Source of the DNA: an uncultured Planctomycetia bacterium
Lineage (GTDB): Bacteria > Omnitrophota > Gorgyraeia > 1-14-0-20-64-10
Reading direction: 5' to 3'
NCBI GenBank assembly: GCA_964373055.1
Contig: CAYJTM010000002.1
Span: forward strand, 1-53,421
Length of the DNA stretch: 53,421 nucleotides
Shown here: piece by piece, positions 52,810-53,421 of the stretch
How the letters are laid out: every line of letters begins with the position of its first letter
How positions within the stretch are numbered: position 1 is the first letter of the stretch
The notes under the pieces: generated by a model
Databases searched by the model: none
What the model was told of the DNA's origin: nothing
What the model saw: only the letters and a program-made list of their open reading frames with translations
Program-made: the position numbers and the translations under genes

Positions 52810-53421
52810 GCCCAGCGCTCTTTTTCTCCAGCAACTCCTCAACGGCCTGACCATCGGGGCGGTCTACGCCCTGATCGCGCTCGGCTACACGATGGTCTAC
52901 GGCGTCATCCAGATGATCAACTTCGCCCACGGCGAGGTCTTCATGGTGGGGGCCTATTTTGGTTTAAGCGTGATACTGGTTTTCAGCTTGGCAACGCCGG
53001 TTCCGGGCGGGATGGCTTGGTTGATGATCGTGATCGCCGTCGCGGCGGTCGGCTGCGCCCTCCTGGGCTTCTTCATCGAACGGGTCGCCTACCGCCCCCT
53101 CCGGAACGCCCCGAAGCTGTCGGTGCTGATCACCGCGATCGGCGTCTCCTTCTTTCTTCAGAATCTCGTGATGCTCACCTATGGGGCCCAGGACCGCTAC
53201 GTGCCGGAGATGCTGCCGGTCCGGCAGATGGGGGAGGGGGCCATCTCAGTCACCCCGATGCAGGCGGTGATCTTCGCGGTGAGTCTCCTTCTGATGGCCA
53301 TGCTGCAGTGGATTGTGCACGGCACGAAGCTCGGCCGAGCCATGCGAGCGGTCGCGCAGGACCCGCTGGCCGCGCGGCTGATGGGGATCCCGGTGGACCG
53401 GGTGATCGCGGTGACCTTCGC
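52805..53421 (+). CDS. livH: branched-chain amino acid ABC transporter permease, 3' end outside the window
   Basis: [44 protein letters not shown]. The ATG is the one inside the repeat terminus. Open to the window end. Confidence 0.9.
   Translation, partial: [205 protein letters not shown]

Overview
Densely coding, visibly high-GC bacterial chromosomal segment. Most long antisense ORFs in the track are GC-driven shadows. In order, the window contains: (1) a copper/heavy-metal island at 1-10.9 kb, comprising an RND pump tail, a LOG-like/YHS fusion, a beta-CASP hydrolase, CopA, a TolC-like OMP, a multicopper oxidase, DUF2231, a CDF transporter, 4-OT, CcdA and TlpA; (2) the glycine-cleavage operon gcvT-H-PA-PB, followed without a break by an ABC-2 exporter and an LplA-like ligase; (3) a complete lasso-peptide gene cluster at 17.6-23.8 kb, made up of an HprK-like kinase, a PF14907 nucleotidyltransferase, PqqD/B1, B2, the cyclase C, a 55-aa precursor ending in Ser, and a GT4; (4) a more AT-rich mosaic at about 23.7-33.8 kb with an SGNH protein, a carbamoyltransferase trio, a 2OG oxygenase, a sulfatase-like protein, split ChrA, a DUF4143 ATPase, tRNA-Leu and AbiEi/AbiEii; (5) an HD-GYP protein, a GT2/GT-C pair, smpB plus tmRNA, amidase, murI, queC, queE, rph and rdgB; (6) AsmA-like genes, tRNA-Pro/Arg/His, BrnTA, an SDR and livK/livH. 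The most interesting items are the lasso cluster with its canonical leader motif and predicted core GLSPEGPEDNPTPWIGTMYS, a six-copy family of nested palindromic intergenic repeats (GTCATTGCGAG...CGAAGCAATC...GATTGCTTCG...CTCGCAATGAC) whose ends supply start codons and N-termini for downstream genes, and in-frame repeat or palindrome insertions inside gcvT, murI and probably rdgB. No CRISPR array, transposase or integrase was seen.
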